From Escherichia coli (GTDB taxonomy: Bacteria; Pseudomonadota; Gammaproteobacteria; Enterobacterales; Enterobacteriaceae), in assembly GCF_013315695.1 (NCBI RefSeq), contig NZ_CP054353.1: DNA of 64,000 nucleotides, one strand, 5' to 3'. The notes under the pieces are model-generated. The model saw only the letters and a list, made by a program, of their open reading frames with translations, did no database searches and was not told the DNA's origin. Below, in pieces: positions 1-10,646 of the stretch. A program made the position numbers and the translations under genes. How positions within the stretch are numbered: the first letter of the stretch is position 1; the number at the start of each line of letters is the position of its first letter.

Positions 1-1372
1 CCGGCACAACCGATCCGCCAAAAAGAGGCGTACCAATGTCGATATAGTCCCCCGCGCGGACAATCACTTCGTCAATGACTGCCAACGGGAGTTGTTGTAG
101 CTGTGGGCGCAACAACATGCCCAGAGCTTTACCAAAGTCCTGCCCGGCCACCACCAGCAGGGGATGCGGATTCGGAAAACGCGCGACGAAATCGACCAAC
201 GCGTTGATGACCGTCAGTACCGCGGCGTAACGCACAGGCAGCGAGGCGGGAAGCGCCAGCACGTACGCGTCAGTTTTAGGATCAAGATCCAGCTGAATCA
301 GCGCCTGTTGCCAGGCACTCACCAGATCCGTTTCATCAATCGGGATCGCCACCGGCAAATTGCGCAGCGGCAGTTGTACGCCCTCCAGCCAGATTGTGCT
401 GCCAGAGAGCGAAAGGGTATGAGCTCCCGCGCCAATCACCGTGGCGCGCACGGTTTGCGCCGGAAACTGCACGTTCATCTCACGCAGGCGCGGATGGTCA
501 TGCAGCGCCGTTGCCAGAAGCGGGCCAATATCGGCAAAACAGAACGGGTCGGCGGGCTGGTGGCGATAACATTCGCCAACGCCGCCAGAAAGCGTAATGA
601 TTTCGGGCGTAACACCTACGGGCAGCAAACCGGTTTGCATCAATGCCTGCGCGAGCGGCGAAAGCGTTCCGTCAATCACTTCGACAATCAGCTCTGCCAT
701 CCGCCGGGTAACCTGCACCAGCTGCGCGCCAGTCAGCGAACGGGCGTCGGTGCCTGCACCGAAGCACTCATCCACAATCATCTGCCCCGGTTTATGAGCG
801 TAAACCACGCGCCCCTGGCTGTCGGTTTCCAGCAGGCGACCGCCGACATTGAGGCAGGCGGTGCCGCTGATTTTTCCGGCATCGAACAGGGCGTAGTTCG
901 CGGTGCCACCGCCGATGTCGATATTCAGTACCCGACACAGCCGTTGTTCAGAAAGGGTTTGCGCCCCGGCACCGTGACCGGCGATCACGGATTCGAGATG
1001 CGGCCCGGCGCTGGCGACGACAAAATCGCCCAGCGACTGGGAGAGCGTCATCACCGCCGGGCGAGCGTTGCGGGTTTTCGCGCTTTCACCGGTGATAATG
1101 ATGGCACCAGAATCAACGCTTTCCGGCGCAATGCCCGCAGCCTGATATTGCTCGAGGATTAAGGTTTTCAGTTCCGCTTCTTTTAAACCACCCTGTTTAT
1201 CGACAGGGGTAAAGAACACCGGGCTTTGCCAGCTAATTTCGCGTTTGATGAATTCGTAGCGCGGCACCTGCGACACCGCCGCACGGTTAACCAGCTCCAG
1301 GTGGGAGAAGATCACCTGGGTGGTGGTGGTGCCGATATCGATACCGACGCTCAGTAGCTGGCGAGTGTTCAC
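1..1372 (-). CDS. eutA: Ethanolamine ammonia-lyase reactivase EutA, 3' end cut by window start
   Basis: Minus-strand translation from GTG at 1370-1372 gives MNTRQLLSVGIDIGTTT..., recognised as the EutA N-terminus; start overlaps the eutH stop (GTGA); the + strand ORF 164..1162 is its antisense artefact. Confidence 0.85.
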   Translation of the reverse strand, partial: MNTRQLLSVGIDIGTTTTQVIFSHLELVNRAAVSQVPRYEFIKREISWQSPVFFTPVDKQGGLKEAELKTLILEQYQAAGIAPESVDSGAIIITGESAKTRNARPAVMTLSQSLGDFVVASAGPHLESVIAGHGAGAQTLSEQRLCRVLNIDIGGGTANYALFDAGKISGTACLNVGGRLLETDSQGRVVYAHKPGQMIVDECFGAGTDARSLTGAQLVQVTRRMAELIVEVIDGTLSPLAQALMQTGLLPVGVTPEIITLSGGVGECYRHQPADPFCFADIGPLLATALHDHPRLREMNVQFPAQTVRATVIGAGAHTLSLSGSTIWLEGVQLPLRNLPVAIPIDETDLVSAWQQALIQLDLDPKTDAYVLALPASLPVRYAAVLTVINALVDFVARFPNPHPLLVVAGQDFGKALGMLLRPQLQQLPLAVIDEVIVRAGDYIDIGTPLFGGSVVP

Positions 1373-2595
1373 GATTGCGCCTCCGCTTCGGTTTTAGCCG
1401 TGGTCGCGTCTTCTTTTGGCACCAGCATCATCGCCACGCCAATCGCCGTTACGCCGCCGATCAACTTGCCGACAATCATCGGGAAGATCATGGCGTTCAT
1501 GTTGGCAGCGGCGAAGCCTAAGTGGTCGCCCAGGGCGAAAGCAGCGGAAACGGCGAAGGCACAGTTGATGACTTTGCCGCGGGTATCCATCTGCTTCATC
1601 ATGCCAAACATCGGGATGTTGTTGGCAAGCGTTGCCACCATGCCGGCTGCCGCGATGTTGTTCATATTCAGCACCTTACCGACGCTCATCAGCGGTTTTT
1701 CAAACCAGCGAGTCAGCAGCAGCACCATCGGATACGCCCCTAACAGAACGCAGGAGATCGAGCCGATAACTTCAATGGCGCGCATCACTTCACCGGGTTT
1801 ATCGCCAGGGGCCATAAAGATAGGATCAAGGCCCGGGATCAGTTCCCAGCCAAGGAGGAATTTCACTACCGCAGCGGCAAGACCGAGGGTGATCAATGCA
1901 ACGAGGAATTTGGCGAAGATCTGGAAGCCGTTGATCATTTTTTCCGGGATGAATTTCAGCCCCAGCGCCACCAGCACCGCAACGATAAGTACCGGGATCA
2001 TGTTCATCAGGATCAGCGCAAAGGTGAATTCCACTGGCTGACCGTTGATCTGCACACCGGAGTACATAGCCACCAGACCACCGGCAATACAGCCAATCGG
2101 AATGGTCACAATGCCCGCCAGCACGCCGAGCGCCAGATAACGACGGTCAGAAGGTTCGATAATGCCGAGCGCCACCGGAATGGAAAACACAATCGTTGGC
2201 CCCATCATCGACCCGAGAATTAATCCAGAGTATAGCCACGCTGCTACGTCGCCGCCCGCCAACTCTTTGGCGAGGAAGAAGCCGCCCATATCGCACGCCA
2301 GCAGTGTTCCGGCGAACATTGACGGGTTTGCGCCGAGCATTTCGTAAACCGGGATAATCACCGGTCCGAGTACGTGGGCCAGAACAGGTGCCAGCGCGGT
2401 CATACCAACCATCGCCAGGCCCAAAGCGCCCATTGCCATAAAGCCTTCTTCGAACTGACCGCCGGATCCTTCGATACTTTTACCGAACTTACCGAGGAAA
2501 CGAGCAGAACCGCCGAACTGCGACAGGATCCTGTCTACGGCAGCTATCAGCATAAAGAACATCATGATGTACATGATGATTTCGTTAATTCCCAT
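1369..2595 (-). CDS. eutH: Ethanolamine permease EutH (408 aa, polytopic membrane protein)
   Basis: 408-aa hydrophobic ORF, position in eut operon, recognised sequence. Confidence 0.9.
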   Translation of the reverse strand: MGINEIIMYIMMFFMLIAAVDRILSQFGGSARFLGKFGKSIEGSGGQFEEGFMAMGALGLAMVGMTALAPVLAHVLGPVIIPVYEMLGANPSMFAGTLLACDMGGFFLAKELAGGDVAAWLYSGLILGSMMGPTIVFSIPVALGIIEPSDRRYLALGVLAGIVTIPIGCIAGGLVAMYSGVQINGQPVEFTFALILMNMIPVLIVAVLVALGLKFIPEKMINGFQIFAKFLVALITLGLAAAVVKFLLGWELIPGLDPIFMAPGDKPGEVMRAIEVIGSISCVLLGAYPMVLLLTRWFEKPLMSVGKVLNMNNIAAAGMVATLANNIPMFGMMKQMDTRGKVINCAFAVSAAFALGDHLGFAAANMNAMIFPMIVGKLIGGVTAIGVAMMLVPKEDATTAKTEAEAQS

Positions 2596-2626
2596 CGCCT
2601 TTACTCCCTGTTAGTTGTTATTTATT

Positions 2627-2709
2627 GGCGGATGCGGCGTGAACGTCTTATCCGCCCTACATGTGCAATCCCGAAGGCCGGATAAGACGCGGCAAGCGTC
2701 GCATCCGGC
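2627..2709. repeat. Pair of REP (repetitive extragenic palindromic) units between eutH and eutG
   Basis: GGCGGATGCGGCGTGAACGTCTTATCCGCCCTAC and inverted GCCGGATAAGACGCGGCAAGCGTCGCATCCGGC, classic REP consensus. Confidence 0.8.
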
Positions 2710-2711
2710 AT

Positions 2712-3899
2712 TTATTGCGCCGCTGCGTACAGACCGACAATCTGCTCCAGGCTGGCGGTACGCGGGTTACTGCGCAGACAAACATCTTCCAGCGCGGCCT
2801 GCGCCCATGCACCGTAATGCGCAGATGTCGCACCAATATCGCCCAGTCGTTTACCAATCCCGACTTCCGCAATCAGCTCACTTACCGCGTTAATAGCGTC
2901 ACGATCGTCGGATTTTTTAGTTCTCAGCGCCCGGCCAATCTGACTAAACCGATCACGACAAACCATCCGGTTAAATTCCATCACCGTTGGCAGCAACATA
3001 GCGTTCGCCAGACCGTGCGGAATATGCAGCGCCGCCCCTGGCTGATGCGCCATCGCGTGGCACAACCCAAGTCCGGCACTGGAAAACGCCATTCCCGCCA
3101 TACATGAAGCCAGCAACATGCTCTCGCGGGCGGCAAGGTCGTGACCGTAGCCCACCGCTTTCGGCAGCGATTTGCCAATCATCGCAATGGCACCAATCGC
3201 CAGACTGTCGGTAAACGGTGTGGCGTTCAGCGCGCTGTACGCTTCAATGGCATGGGTTAACGCATCAATGCCAGTCATCGCCGTGACATGCGACGGCACA
3301 CCTTCGGTCAATGCGGCGTCGAGGATCGCCACATCCGGCATCAGCGAGGCATGGGCTAACACCTGTTTGCGCCCGCTTACCGCATCGATAATCACCGTCA
3401 CGTTAGTCGTTTCAGAGCCGGTTCCGGCGGTCGTTGGAATGGCAATCAACGGCAGGCGCGGTTGCAGAACGCTGGTTTCTGACATTTCTGCCAGCGTGCT
3501 ATCCGGGTTCGTCACCAGCAACGCCACGGCTTTCGCCGCATCCAGCACCGAGCCGCCGCCAAACGCGATCACCCCGTCACAACCTGATTCACGCAACTGC
3601 GCCACGGCTGCACACACGTCGGTGATGCATGGTTCGCCCACCGGACATGGCCAGAGCGTCATGGCGATACCTTTAACGGCCAGGCTACGCGTCAGCCCGG
3701 CGGTCATCCCGGTCTGATGCAAAAAGCTGTCTGCCATCACGAACAGATGTTTCAGCCCACGCGTTTGCGCTTGCTGCCCACAACTGCTCACCGCGCCCGG
3801 ACCGCAAAGCGTCACCGGTGGAACGCTAAATGTTTTTACCCGTTGCAGATTCAGGGTATCGAACGCCTGAAAGAGCGCGGTCTGCAATTCATTTTGCAT
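2712..3899 (-). CDS. eutG: Iron-containing alcohol dehydrogenase EutG
   Basis: 395-aa ORF with Fe-ADH family features, operon position. Confidence 0.9.
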   Translation of the reverse strand: MQNELQTALFQAFDTLNLQRVKTFSVPPVTLCGPGAVSSCGQQAQTRGLKHLFVMADSFLHQTGMTAGLTRSLAVKGIAMTLWPCPVGEPCITDVCAAVAQLRESGCDGVIAFGGGSVLDAAKAVALLVTNPDSTLAEMSETSVLQPRLPLIAIPTTAGTGSETTNVTVIIDAVSGRKQVLAHASLMPDVAILDAALTEGVPSHVTAMTGIDALTHAIEAYSALNATPFTDSLAIGAIAMIGKSLPKAVGYGHDLAARESMLLASCMAGMAFSSAGLGLCHAMAHQPGAALHIPHGLANAMLLPTVMEFNRMVCRDRFSQIGRALRTKKSDDRDAINAVSELIAEVGIGKRLGDIGATSAHYGAWAQAALEDVCLRSNPRTASLEQIVGLYAAAQ

Positions 3900-4725
3900 A
3901 TAGCCCCTCCGCTTTCTCTCGCCCGCTACTGGCGATCGCCAGCGGGGTCATAAACAAACTGTGCTGCGGTAAATGCACCTGTAACGCCGGGAATTGTTTG
4001 CGAAACAGTTCCGCCACGCCCGGTTGCATACAAGAGCCGCCCGCCAGCCATAAATCCGTAATGCCCTGCCCTTCAATATGCCGGGCGACGATGTCCGCCA
4101 TTTTTTCGTACACCGGTTTCACCGCGGGCCAAATCTCTTCACCGTGACCGCGCTTGTACTGCTCTGCCTCTTCCAGCGAAATACGACGATTTCCGGCGAG
4201 AGTCAGAGAGATGTGATGTCCGCCGGTCGCTTCATCCGCCGAGTACGTCACCTTGCCCTTTTTCACGATGGCAATACCAGTAGTGCCACCGCCGATATCC
4301 ACTACACCGGCGTTGTCCAGTTGCAGCAGATCCGCGACTGCGGTTGGCTCATCCAGTACATGGCTCACTTCCAGTCCGGCAGATTCCAGCACGTTGATGG
4401 AAATACGCGGGTCCGTACCTGGAGGAAAAGAGGTCGCCGCATGGCTAAAACGGCGACCGAATTGCTGCTCGAGGGTGTCGAGATGGCGACGAACAATGGT
4501 GACCGCACCGAAGAAATCCCAGACGATGCCGTCGCGGACCACATCGGCCCAGTCGAGGCATACCGCCACCGGCAGACCGTCGCGGTCGACAACCATCGAC
4601 ACCACATCGCAGGTGCCCAGATCCACCCCCAGCCACAGCGGAGATTCCGTCGCGGCGGGCGTCTGGTTACACAGCGTTGCCGCCGTTTGCAGACGTGGGG
4701 TGAGCCATTGTTCATCGTGCGCCAT
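3889..4725 (-). CDS. eutJ: EutJ, actin/Hsp70-like ATPase fold chaperone-like protein
   Basis: 278-aa ORF with LGVDLGT sugar-kinase/Hsp70-type N-terminal motif; operon position. Confidence 0.88.
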   Translation of the reverse strand: MAHDEQWLTPRLQTAATLCNQTPAATESPLWLGVDLGTCDVVSMVVDRDGLPVAVCLDWADVVRDGIVWDFFGAVTIVRRHLDTLEQQFGRRFSHAATSFPPGTDPRISINVLESAGLEVSHVLDEPTAVADLLQLDNAGVVDIGGGTTGIAIVKKGKVTYSADEATGGHHISLTLAGNRRISLEEAEQYKRGHGEEIWPAVKPVYEKMADIVARHIEGQGITDLWLAGGSCMQPGVAELFRKQFPALQVHLPQHSLFMTPLAIASSGREKAEGLYAK

Positions 4726-4735
4726 CGGTTACTCC

Positions 4736-6139
4736 TTAAACAATGCGAAACGCATCGACTAATACACAGCGACGCAGACGGACAAACGTCCGCGCGCTGG
4801 TTACCCCTTCACCGGTTGGCGTGGTGATGGTCATGGTGGTCCAGCCTTCCCCGCCCAGCCCCAGCCCGGCAATGCACGGTCCGTTCTTAACGAAAATGCT
4901 GGTATCAATGGCATTCGCCATCTGGTTCATGTTCTCGATATTGCGCGAGTGCATTGCCGCCGTGTGGTGGCAACCGCCTTCCAGTTTCACCGCCAGCGCA
5001 ATGGCATCCGCCACGTTGGCGACGCGCACGACGGGCAGCACCGGCATCATCAGTTCAGTCACAGCAAACGGATGTTCTGCGGTGGTTTCTACAAACAGCA
5101 GTCGCGTTTGTTCCGGAACTTTAAGGCCGATTGCCGCCGCGATTTTCGCCGCATCGCGACCAACCCAGTCACGGCTGACGGTGCCTTTTCCGCGCTCGTC
5201 GATATTTTTCAGCAACACCGGTTGCAGCTGCTGCGCCTGCTCTGCGGTCAGTTTCACCGCGTGCTGGCCTTCCATCAGACGCATCAGTTCATCGGCTACG
5301 CTATCCACAACAATCAGTACCTTTTCGTCGGCACAAATGATGTTGTTATCGAAAGACGCGCCTTTGACGATGGACTGAGCAGCACGGGCGAGGTCGGCGG
5401 TTTCATCCACCACTACCGGCGGGTTGCCAGCGCCTGCGGCAATCAGACGTTTATTGGTGTGTTTACGCGCCGCTTCTACTACCGCTTCGCCGCCGGTCAC
5501 CACCAGCAGGCCGATGCCCGGAAACTTGAACAAACGTTGAGCGGTTTCGATATCCGGATTTGCCACAGTAACCAGTAAGTTTTCCGGCCCGCCTGCGGCA
5601 ACAATCGCCTGGTTGAGCAGCGTGATCGCCCGCTGGGAGACTTTTTTCGCCGCCGGATGCGGGGCAAAAATGACGCTGTTGCCCGCGGCAATCAGGCTGA
5701 TGGCGTTGTTAATTACGGTTGCCGCCGGGTTAGTGGAAGGCGTCACCGAAGCCACTACGCCCCAGGGCGCGTTTTCAATTAAAGTCAGGCCGTTGTCACC
5801 GGTCAGCACTTGCGGAGAGAGGCACTCAACGCCTGGTGTGCCGCGCGCCTGAGCGACGTTTTTGGCAAATTTATCTTCAACGCGCCCCATGCCGGTTTCA
5901 CTGACGGCAAGTTCCGCTAAATCTCTGGCGTGTTTTTCGCCTGCTTCACGAATGGCAGCAATGGCTAACTGGCGCATTGCCACGCTTTTTAACCCTTGCT
6001 GGGCGACTTTGGCTGCCGCAACGGCGTCATCCAGGGACGCGAAAACGCCCATCTCATGAACGGCGGCGGGCGGCGTGTCACTGCTTTGCATTTTCAGCAG
6101 TACCGCTTTCACCACCTGTTCAATATCCTGTTGATTCAT
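4736..6139 (-). CDS. eutE: Acetaldehyde dehydrogenase (CoA-acylating) EutE
   Basis: 467-aa aldehyde dehydrogenase family ORF; operon position. Confidence 0.9.
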   Translation of the reverse strand: MNQQDIEQVVKAVLLKMQSSDTPPAAVHEMGVFASLDDAVAAAKVAQQGLKSVAMRQLAIAAIREAGEKHARDLAELAVSETGMGRVEDKFAKNVAQARGTPGVECLSPQVLTGDNGLTLIENAPWGVVASVTPSTNPAATVINNAISLIAAGNSVIFAPHPAAKKVSQRAITLLNQAIVAAGGPENLLVTVANPDIETAQRLFKFPGIGLLVVTGGEAVVEAARKHTNKRLIAAGAGNPPVVVDETADLARAAQSIVKGASFDNNIICADEKVLIVVDSVADELMRLMEGQHAVKLTAEQAQQLQPVLLKNIDERGKGTVSRDWVGRDAAKIAAAIGLKVPEQTRLLFVETTAEHPFAVTELMMPVLPVVRVANVADAIALAVKLEGGCHHTAAMHSRNIENMNQMANAIDTSIFVKNGPCIAGLGLGGEGWTTMTITTPTGEGVTSARTFVRLRRCVLVDAFRIV

Positions 6140-6150
6140 GATGTTCTGCC

Positions 6151-6438
6151 TTATTTGTGGAAAATGACCTGACCGCCAGACACCACCTCATCGACGATGC
6201 CAATCACGCACAGATCGACCGGTGACGTTTCGCTTTTATGCGCCTGGCGGGCGGAACTGCCACTCACCAGCAACACCCACTCCCCGGTTCCCGCGCCAAT
6301 ATTGTCGATGGCGACGGCGCATTGCCCGTCAGGATTACCTTGTGGATCAATCATTTCCACCATCAGCAATTTGTCATGCGCCAGTCCGTGATGGCGTACG
6401 GTACAAACAATTTGTCCAGTGACGACTGCCAGTTTCAT
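6151..6438 (-). CDS. eutN: Microcompartment vertex protein EutN
   Basis: 95-aa ORF MKLAVVTGQIVCTVRH..., EutN/CcmL family. Confidence 0.9.
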   Translation of the reverse strand: MKLAVVTGQIVCTVRHHGLAHDKLLMVEMIDPQGNPDGQCAVAIDNIGAGTGEWVLLVSGSSARQAHKSETSPVDLCVIGIVDEVVSGGQVIFHK

Positions 6439-6544
6439 ACCCGCCTCCGTGGCGTATTTCAGGTAAAAGCTCCCCCTACCCTCCGCAGAAGGTAAAATGA
6501 TAAAGGAGAGAGCGTGACGCCCGAATCGACGTCACACAGGGTGA

Positions 6545-6838
6545 TTACAGGTTGCTGCTATCGCCTTTCAGGCCGATCGGGAACACTTCTTCCAGGTCGC
6601 CGTGCGGACGCGGGATAACGTGTACAGATACCAGCTCGCCGATACGCTGTGCCGCTGCGGCACCTGCATCGGTCGCGGCTTTACAGGCTGCAACATCACC
6701 ACGAACCATGGCAGTACACAGGCCGCCGCCAATCTGCTTAACACCAACCAGCTTGACGCGCGCAGCTTTAACCATCGCGTCAGAAGCCTCAATCAGTGCA
6801 ACCAGGCCCCGGGTTTCGATCATTCCTAATGCTTCCAT
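6545..6838 (-). CDS. eutM: Microcompartment shell protein EutM (BMC domain)
   Basis: 97-aa product [22 protein letters not shown]... starting at internal ATG 6836-6838; the track ORF is extended upstream. Confidence 0.9.
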   Translation of the reverse strand: MEALGMIETRGLVALIEASDAMVKAARVKLVGVKQIGGGLCTAMVRGDVAACKAATDAGAAAAQRIGELVSVHVIPRPHGDLEEVFPIGLKGDSSNL

Positions 6839-6876
6839 TGTGCTTTCCTCTTTATCAGGGTCCAGAACGGGACCGT

Positions 6877-7893
6877 TCATTCAACCAGTGTTTGTAAACT
6901 GCTTTCGCGGTTCACTTCTGTCTGACGCGGCACAGCTGCCACCAGCGCCAGCTCGATAATTTCCTGCACGCTACAACCACGAGAGAGATCGTGCATCGGC
7001 GCGGCAAGTCCTTGTATCAATGGCCCGACGGCACGATATCCGCCGAGTCGTTGTGCGATTTTGTAGCCAATATTTCCGGCTTCCAGCGACGGAAAAACCA
7101 TCACATTGGCCTTGCCCTGTAGCGGGCTGGCAGGCGCTTTTTGCGCCGCCACTTCCGGCACGAAGGCGGCGTCAAACTGCAACTCGCCATCGACTACCAG
7201 CTTTGGTGCGCGCTCACGGACGATTTCTGTCGCCTGCTGGACGTTGGCAACGCAGGGGTGACGGGCACTACCATTGCTGGAAAACGACAGCATCGCCACG
7301 CGCGGTTCTTCTCCGGTGATGGCCTGCCAGGTTTCGGCGCTGGCAAGCGCGATATCCGCCAACTGCGCCGCCGTCGGCTGTGGCACCACGCTGCAATCGG
7401 CAAAACCCAACGCCGGACCGCTGTACTGTGGCAGCATCAGGAAAATGGATGAGAGCGTTTTACAGCCTGGCTGCAAGCCGATAATGCGTAATCCGGCACG
7501 CAGCACATTCGCCGTGGAAGAGAGGTTGCCCGCGATACAGACATCCGCTTTACCGGCGCTGACCATTGCTGCGGCGAACATCAGCGGGTCGGTAAGTTTT
7601 TCCAGCGCATCCGGCGGCGTTTTTTCGCCCGCGCGGGCCAGCCAGCGATGAGCAAATTCTTCCCGCATTGCGAGGTTGCCATGCGGATCAATCACCTGTA
7701 GCCCGTCCATCGCCACGCCATGACTGAGCGCAAACTGACGAAGTTCAAACGGATTGGCGACCAGAATGGGCGTTGCCAGACCTTGTTGATGTAAATATTG
7801 CGCAGCTTTCAGCACACGTTGATCTAACGCATCCGGAAAAACTACTCTGGCGGGCGCTCGCAACGCCAGTTCACGACAACGTTCAATAATCAT
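6877..7893 (-). CDS. eutD: Phosphotransacetylase EutD
   Basis: 338-aa Pta-like ORF; operon position. Confidence 0.9.
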   Translation of the reverse strand: MIIERCRELALRAPARVVFPDALDQRVLKAAQYLHQQGLATPILVANPFELRQFALSHGVAMDGLQVIDPHGNLAMREEFAHRWLARAGEKTPPDALEKLTDPLMFAAAMVSAGKADVCIAGNLSSTANVLRAGLRIIGLQPGCKTLSSIFLMLPQYSGPALGFADCSVVPQPTAAQLADIALASAETWQAITGEEPRVAMLSFSSNGSARHPCVANVQQATEIVRERAPKLVVDGELQFDAAFVPEVAAQKAPASPLQGKANVMVFPSLEAGNIGYKIAQRLGGYRAVGPLIQGLAAPMHDLSRGCSVQEIIELALVAAVPRQTEVNRESSLQTLVE

Positions 7894-8693
7894 TGCGTTT
7901 CCCCCAGTCGTTGTTGGATCTGCTTCACCGTTAGCGGCTGCTTCGTTACGCTCAGGATCATCATCACGTAGACCGTGCTGGAAAGGCGGTTCAGCGCCTG
8001 CAAAATGTCCGGGCGTAATACTTCAAAGCTGCGGGTGATAAAGACCTGCGCCGCTACGGTTTCGGTTTCCCGCACTTTGGTGCGTAGCAGATTTAGCAAC
8101 GCCGCATCGCGCCCGTGGCTGGCTTCCGGCACCAGATGATCGTGGTCGAGATAACGCAGCGGCTGGTGAGAAAGCCGATGCAGATCTTCGTCAGAAAGCC
8201 CGACAATCGCTTGGCAGGCCAGCGGTTCCCCCAGCGCATCGGCACGCATAATGTTGCCAAGACGCGAACGGATATCCGCCAGCCACGGCTGCCACGGTTC
8301 CGCCAGTTCAATTTGCAGCCACACTGCCAGCGCAATGGTGCTGTCGAGAACAGCGCGAAAAGCCAGGCGCGGATCGCTTTTGGCAACCATTTTTTCCGCC
8401 GACAGGTGAGTCAGCGTGTCCGGCTTTTTCGCCACCGGCTGGCGGCACAGTTCGCAGCACGCCTGCGGATGTTCATCACTACTGGTCAGCCCGTGAACGG
8501 GCTGCGGCTGCTGCTGTTCATCGTCAACAAACAGGCGGCCCTGCTCGTCAATAAACTTGATGCGCAGATGGCGGCTTTCCAGTAACTCCCGGGCAGAGGG
8601 CGTCAGGCGACTGTCCGCAGGGAGATGGATCTCTGCGCCTTCGCTAAGCGTATGATTCGCTCTTAGCCATGCTTCGGTGATGAAATCTTTCAT
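7890..8693 (-). CDS. eutT: Corrinoid adenosyltransferase EutT
   Basis: 267-aa ORF; 4-nt overlap with eutD and eutQ typical of translational coupling. Confidence 0.88.
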   Translation of the reverse strand: MKDFITEAWLRANHTLSEGAEIHLPADSRLTPSARELLESRHLRIKFIDEQGRLFVDDEQQQPQPVHGLTSSDEHPQACCELCRQPVAKKPDTLTHLSAEKMVAKSDPRLAFRAVLDSTIALAVWLQIELAEPWQPWLADIRSRLGNIMRADALGEPLACQAIVGLSDEDLHRLSHQPLRYLDHDHLVPEASHGRDAALLNLLRTKVRETETVAAQVFITRSFEVLRPDILQALNRLSSTVYVMMILSVTKQPLTVKQIQQRLGETQ

Positions 8694-9391
8694 AGGGATT
8701 GCCAGTTAGCCGGCCAGGCGACATACAGGAATTTCACACTGGATGTCGTACCAAATTCGATGCTGGAGCCTTTCGGGATAAACATCACATCGCCTGCTTT
8801 GGCGATCATGGTTTCGCCTTCGTGGCGAACGTGCAGTTCCCCTTCCAGTACCATATCGATTTCGTCATAGTTGAGGGTCCACGGGAAGAAGGCGTTCTCC
8901 CACTGCATAAAACCGGCGGCCATGCTGCTGCCGTCGTCTCCGGTGACCAGATCCGTTAATCCGACGCAGTGTGGCTGTGCGCCGTCGAAACGACCAAACT
9001 TGACGCTGCTGCCATCAATCACTTTGATGCCGCCTTTGCCGGTCACCGATTTGAAGCTCGGCTGCATTGCACCCTGCTCCAGTGACTGTTTTTCCTTCAT
9101 CACTTTTTCCATCAGCTGCGCGACCAGGCTTTCGGTAAACTGGCCTTCCGGTAGCTGGGCGATGATGGTTTCGCGGATGCGCTGGCTTTCGGTTTTATCG
9201 GCTGGCACGCTGGCGGGAACGGACGTCGTTACCGCAGTCGATTCATCACATTCGGTGATGGTAAAACCCAACAGATCAGCCACTTCACGAGCTTCCGGGG
9301 TAATAATGCTGGCGCGCAGAACCACGGACATTGCCAGTTCGCCGCGCGCGTGTGCTTCACGAATATCATTCGCTGTGATGAGTTTTTTCAC
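8690..9391 (-). CDS. eutQ: EutQ (cupin-fold protein of the eut operon)
   Basis: 233-aa ORF, operon position, recognised sequence. Confidence 0.88.
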   Translation of the reverse strand: MKKLITANDIREAHARGELAMSVVLRASIITPEAREVADLLGFTITECDESTAVTTSVPASVPADKTESQRIRETIIAQLPEGQFTESLVAQLMEKVMKEKQSLEQGAMQPSFKSVTGKGGIKVIDGSSVKFGRFDGAQPHCVGLTDLVTGDDGSSMAAGFMQWENAFFPWTLNYDEIDMVLEGELHVRHEGETMIAKAGDVMFIPKGSSIEFGTTSSVKFLYVAWPANWQSL

Positions 9392-9845
9392 CTGCTTCCT
9401 CCTGTTTGGTGAGAGATGCCAGATAATCCACCAGTTGCTGCACGCTTTGCGGGTCGTGGCTGTTTAGCTCGAAAATCGGCTCTTCGAAGCCCGTCTCAAG
9501 CAATAACTTTCGCGTTGCGGCGACGTCAGCATCTGGCATGTCCGTTTTACTGATGACGGCGATTTGCCGTTTGCTGACGCCAATATCCAGCAACCCGGCA
9601 GGCAACCGACTTTCCGGGTCATTCGCGCCGTGGACATAGATCAGCATGTCCACATCCTGTAGCGTGGTAATTAAGGCGTGATACCAGCGGGGATGGCTAA
9701 AATATTCACCCGGCGTATCAATATCGCCCTTATCATTAAATTCCACGGCCTGTGTTTTTCTTGCGAGGGTATAATTCCCCTGCAACGCATTAAATAACGT
9801 TGTTTTTCCTGCCCCGACGGTACCCACAAACGCAATTCGTTTCAT
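9366..9845 (-). CDS. eutP: EutP (P-loop NTPase of the eut operon)
   Basis: 159-aa ORF with Walker A GTVGAGKTT; overlaps eutQ by 26 nt. Confidence 0.88.
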   Translation of the reverse strand: MKRIAFVGTVGAGKTTLFNALQGNYTLARKTQAVEFNDKGDIDTPGEYFSHPRWYHALITTLQDVDMLIYVHGANDPESRLPAGLLDIGVSKRQIAVISKTDMPDADVAATRKLLLETGFEEPIFELNSHDPQSVQQLVDYLASLTKQEEAGEKTHHSE

Positions 9846-9874
9846 GAATGCCTCGTATTAACTTTTGGTCATTT

Positions 9875-9883
9875 CACAAAGCG
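9875..9883. repeat. Left copy of 9-bp target-site duplication CACAAAGCG flanking IS1
   Basis: Identical 9-mer immediately outside both IS1 termini. Confidence 0.9.
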
Positions 9884-9898
9884 GGTAATGACTCCAAC

Positions 9899-10402
9899 TT
9901 ATTGATAGTGTTTTATGTTCAGATAATGCCCGATGACTTTGTCATGCAGCTCCACCGATTTTGAGAACGACAGCGACTTCCGTCCCAGCCGTGCCAGGTG
10001 CTGCCTCAGATTCAGGTTATGCCGCTCAATTCGCTGCGTATATCGCTTGCTGATTACGTGCAGCTTTCCCTTCAGGCGGGATTCATACAGCGGCCAGCCA
10101 TCCGTCATCCATATCACCACGTCAAAGGGTGACAGCAGGCTCATAAGACGCCCCAGCGTCGCCATAGTGCGTTCACCGAATACGTGCGCAACAACCGTCT
10201 TCCGGAGCCTGTCATACGCGTAAAACAGCCAGCGCTGGCGCGATTTAGCCCCGACATAGCCCCACTGTTCGTCCATTTCCGCGCAGACGATGACGTCACT
10301 GCCCGGCTGTATGCGCGAGGTTACCGACTGCGGCCTGAGTTTTTTAAGTGACGTAAAATCGTGTTGAGGCCAACGCCCATAATGCGGGCTGTTGCCCGGC
10401 AT
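9899..10402 (-). CDS. insB: IS1 transposase InsB reading frame (made as InsAB' fusion by -1 frameshift)
   Basis: 167-aa ORF ...[65 protein letters not shown]; A6C slippery run (minus strand, plus-strand T-run 10340-10345) in the insA/insB overlap. Confidence 0.93.
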
Positions 10403-10596
10403 CCAACGCCATTCATGGCCATATCAATGATTTTCTGGTGCGTACCGGGTTGAGAAGCGGTGTAAGTGAACTGCAGTTGCCATGTTTTACGGCAGTGAGA
10501 GCAGAGATAGCGCTGATGTCCGGCGGTGCTTTTGCCGTTACGCACCACCCCGTCAGTAGCTGAACAGGAGGGACAGCTGATAGAAACAGAAGCCAC
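10321..10596 (-). CDS. insA: IS1 InsA (transposition inhibitor / DNA-binding protein)
   Basis: 91-aa [46 protein letters not shown]... Confidence 0.95.
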
Positions 10597-10646
10597 TGGA
10601 GCACCTCAAAAACACCATCATACACTAAATCAGTAAGTTGGCAGCA

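Noticed and set aside
164-1162. 332-aa + strand ORF
   Set aside because: Entirely antisense to eutA, arginine/glutamine-rich, no SD; a typical shadow ORF opposite a real gene.
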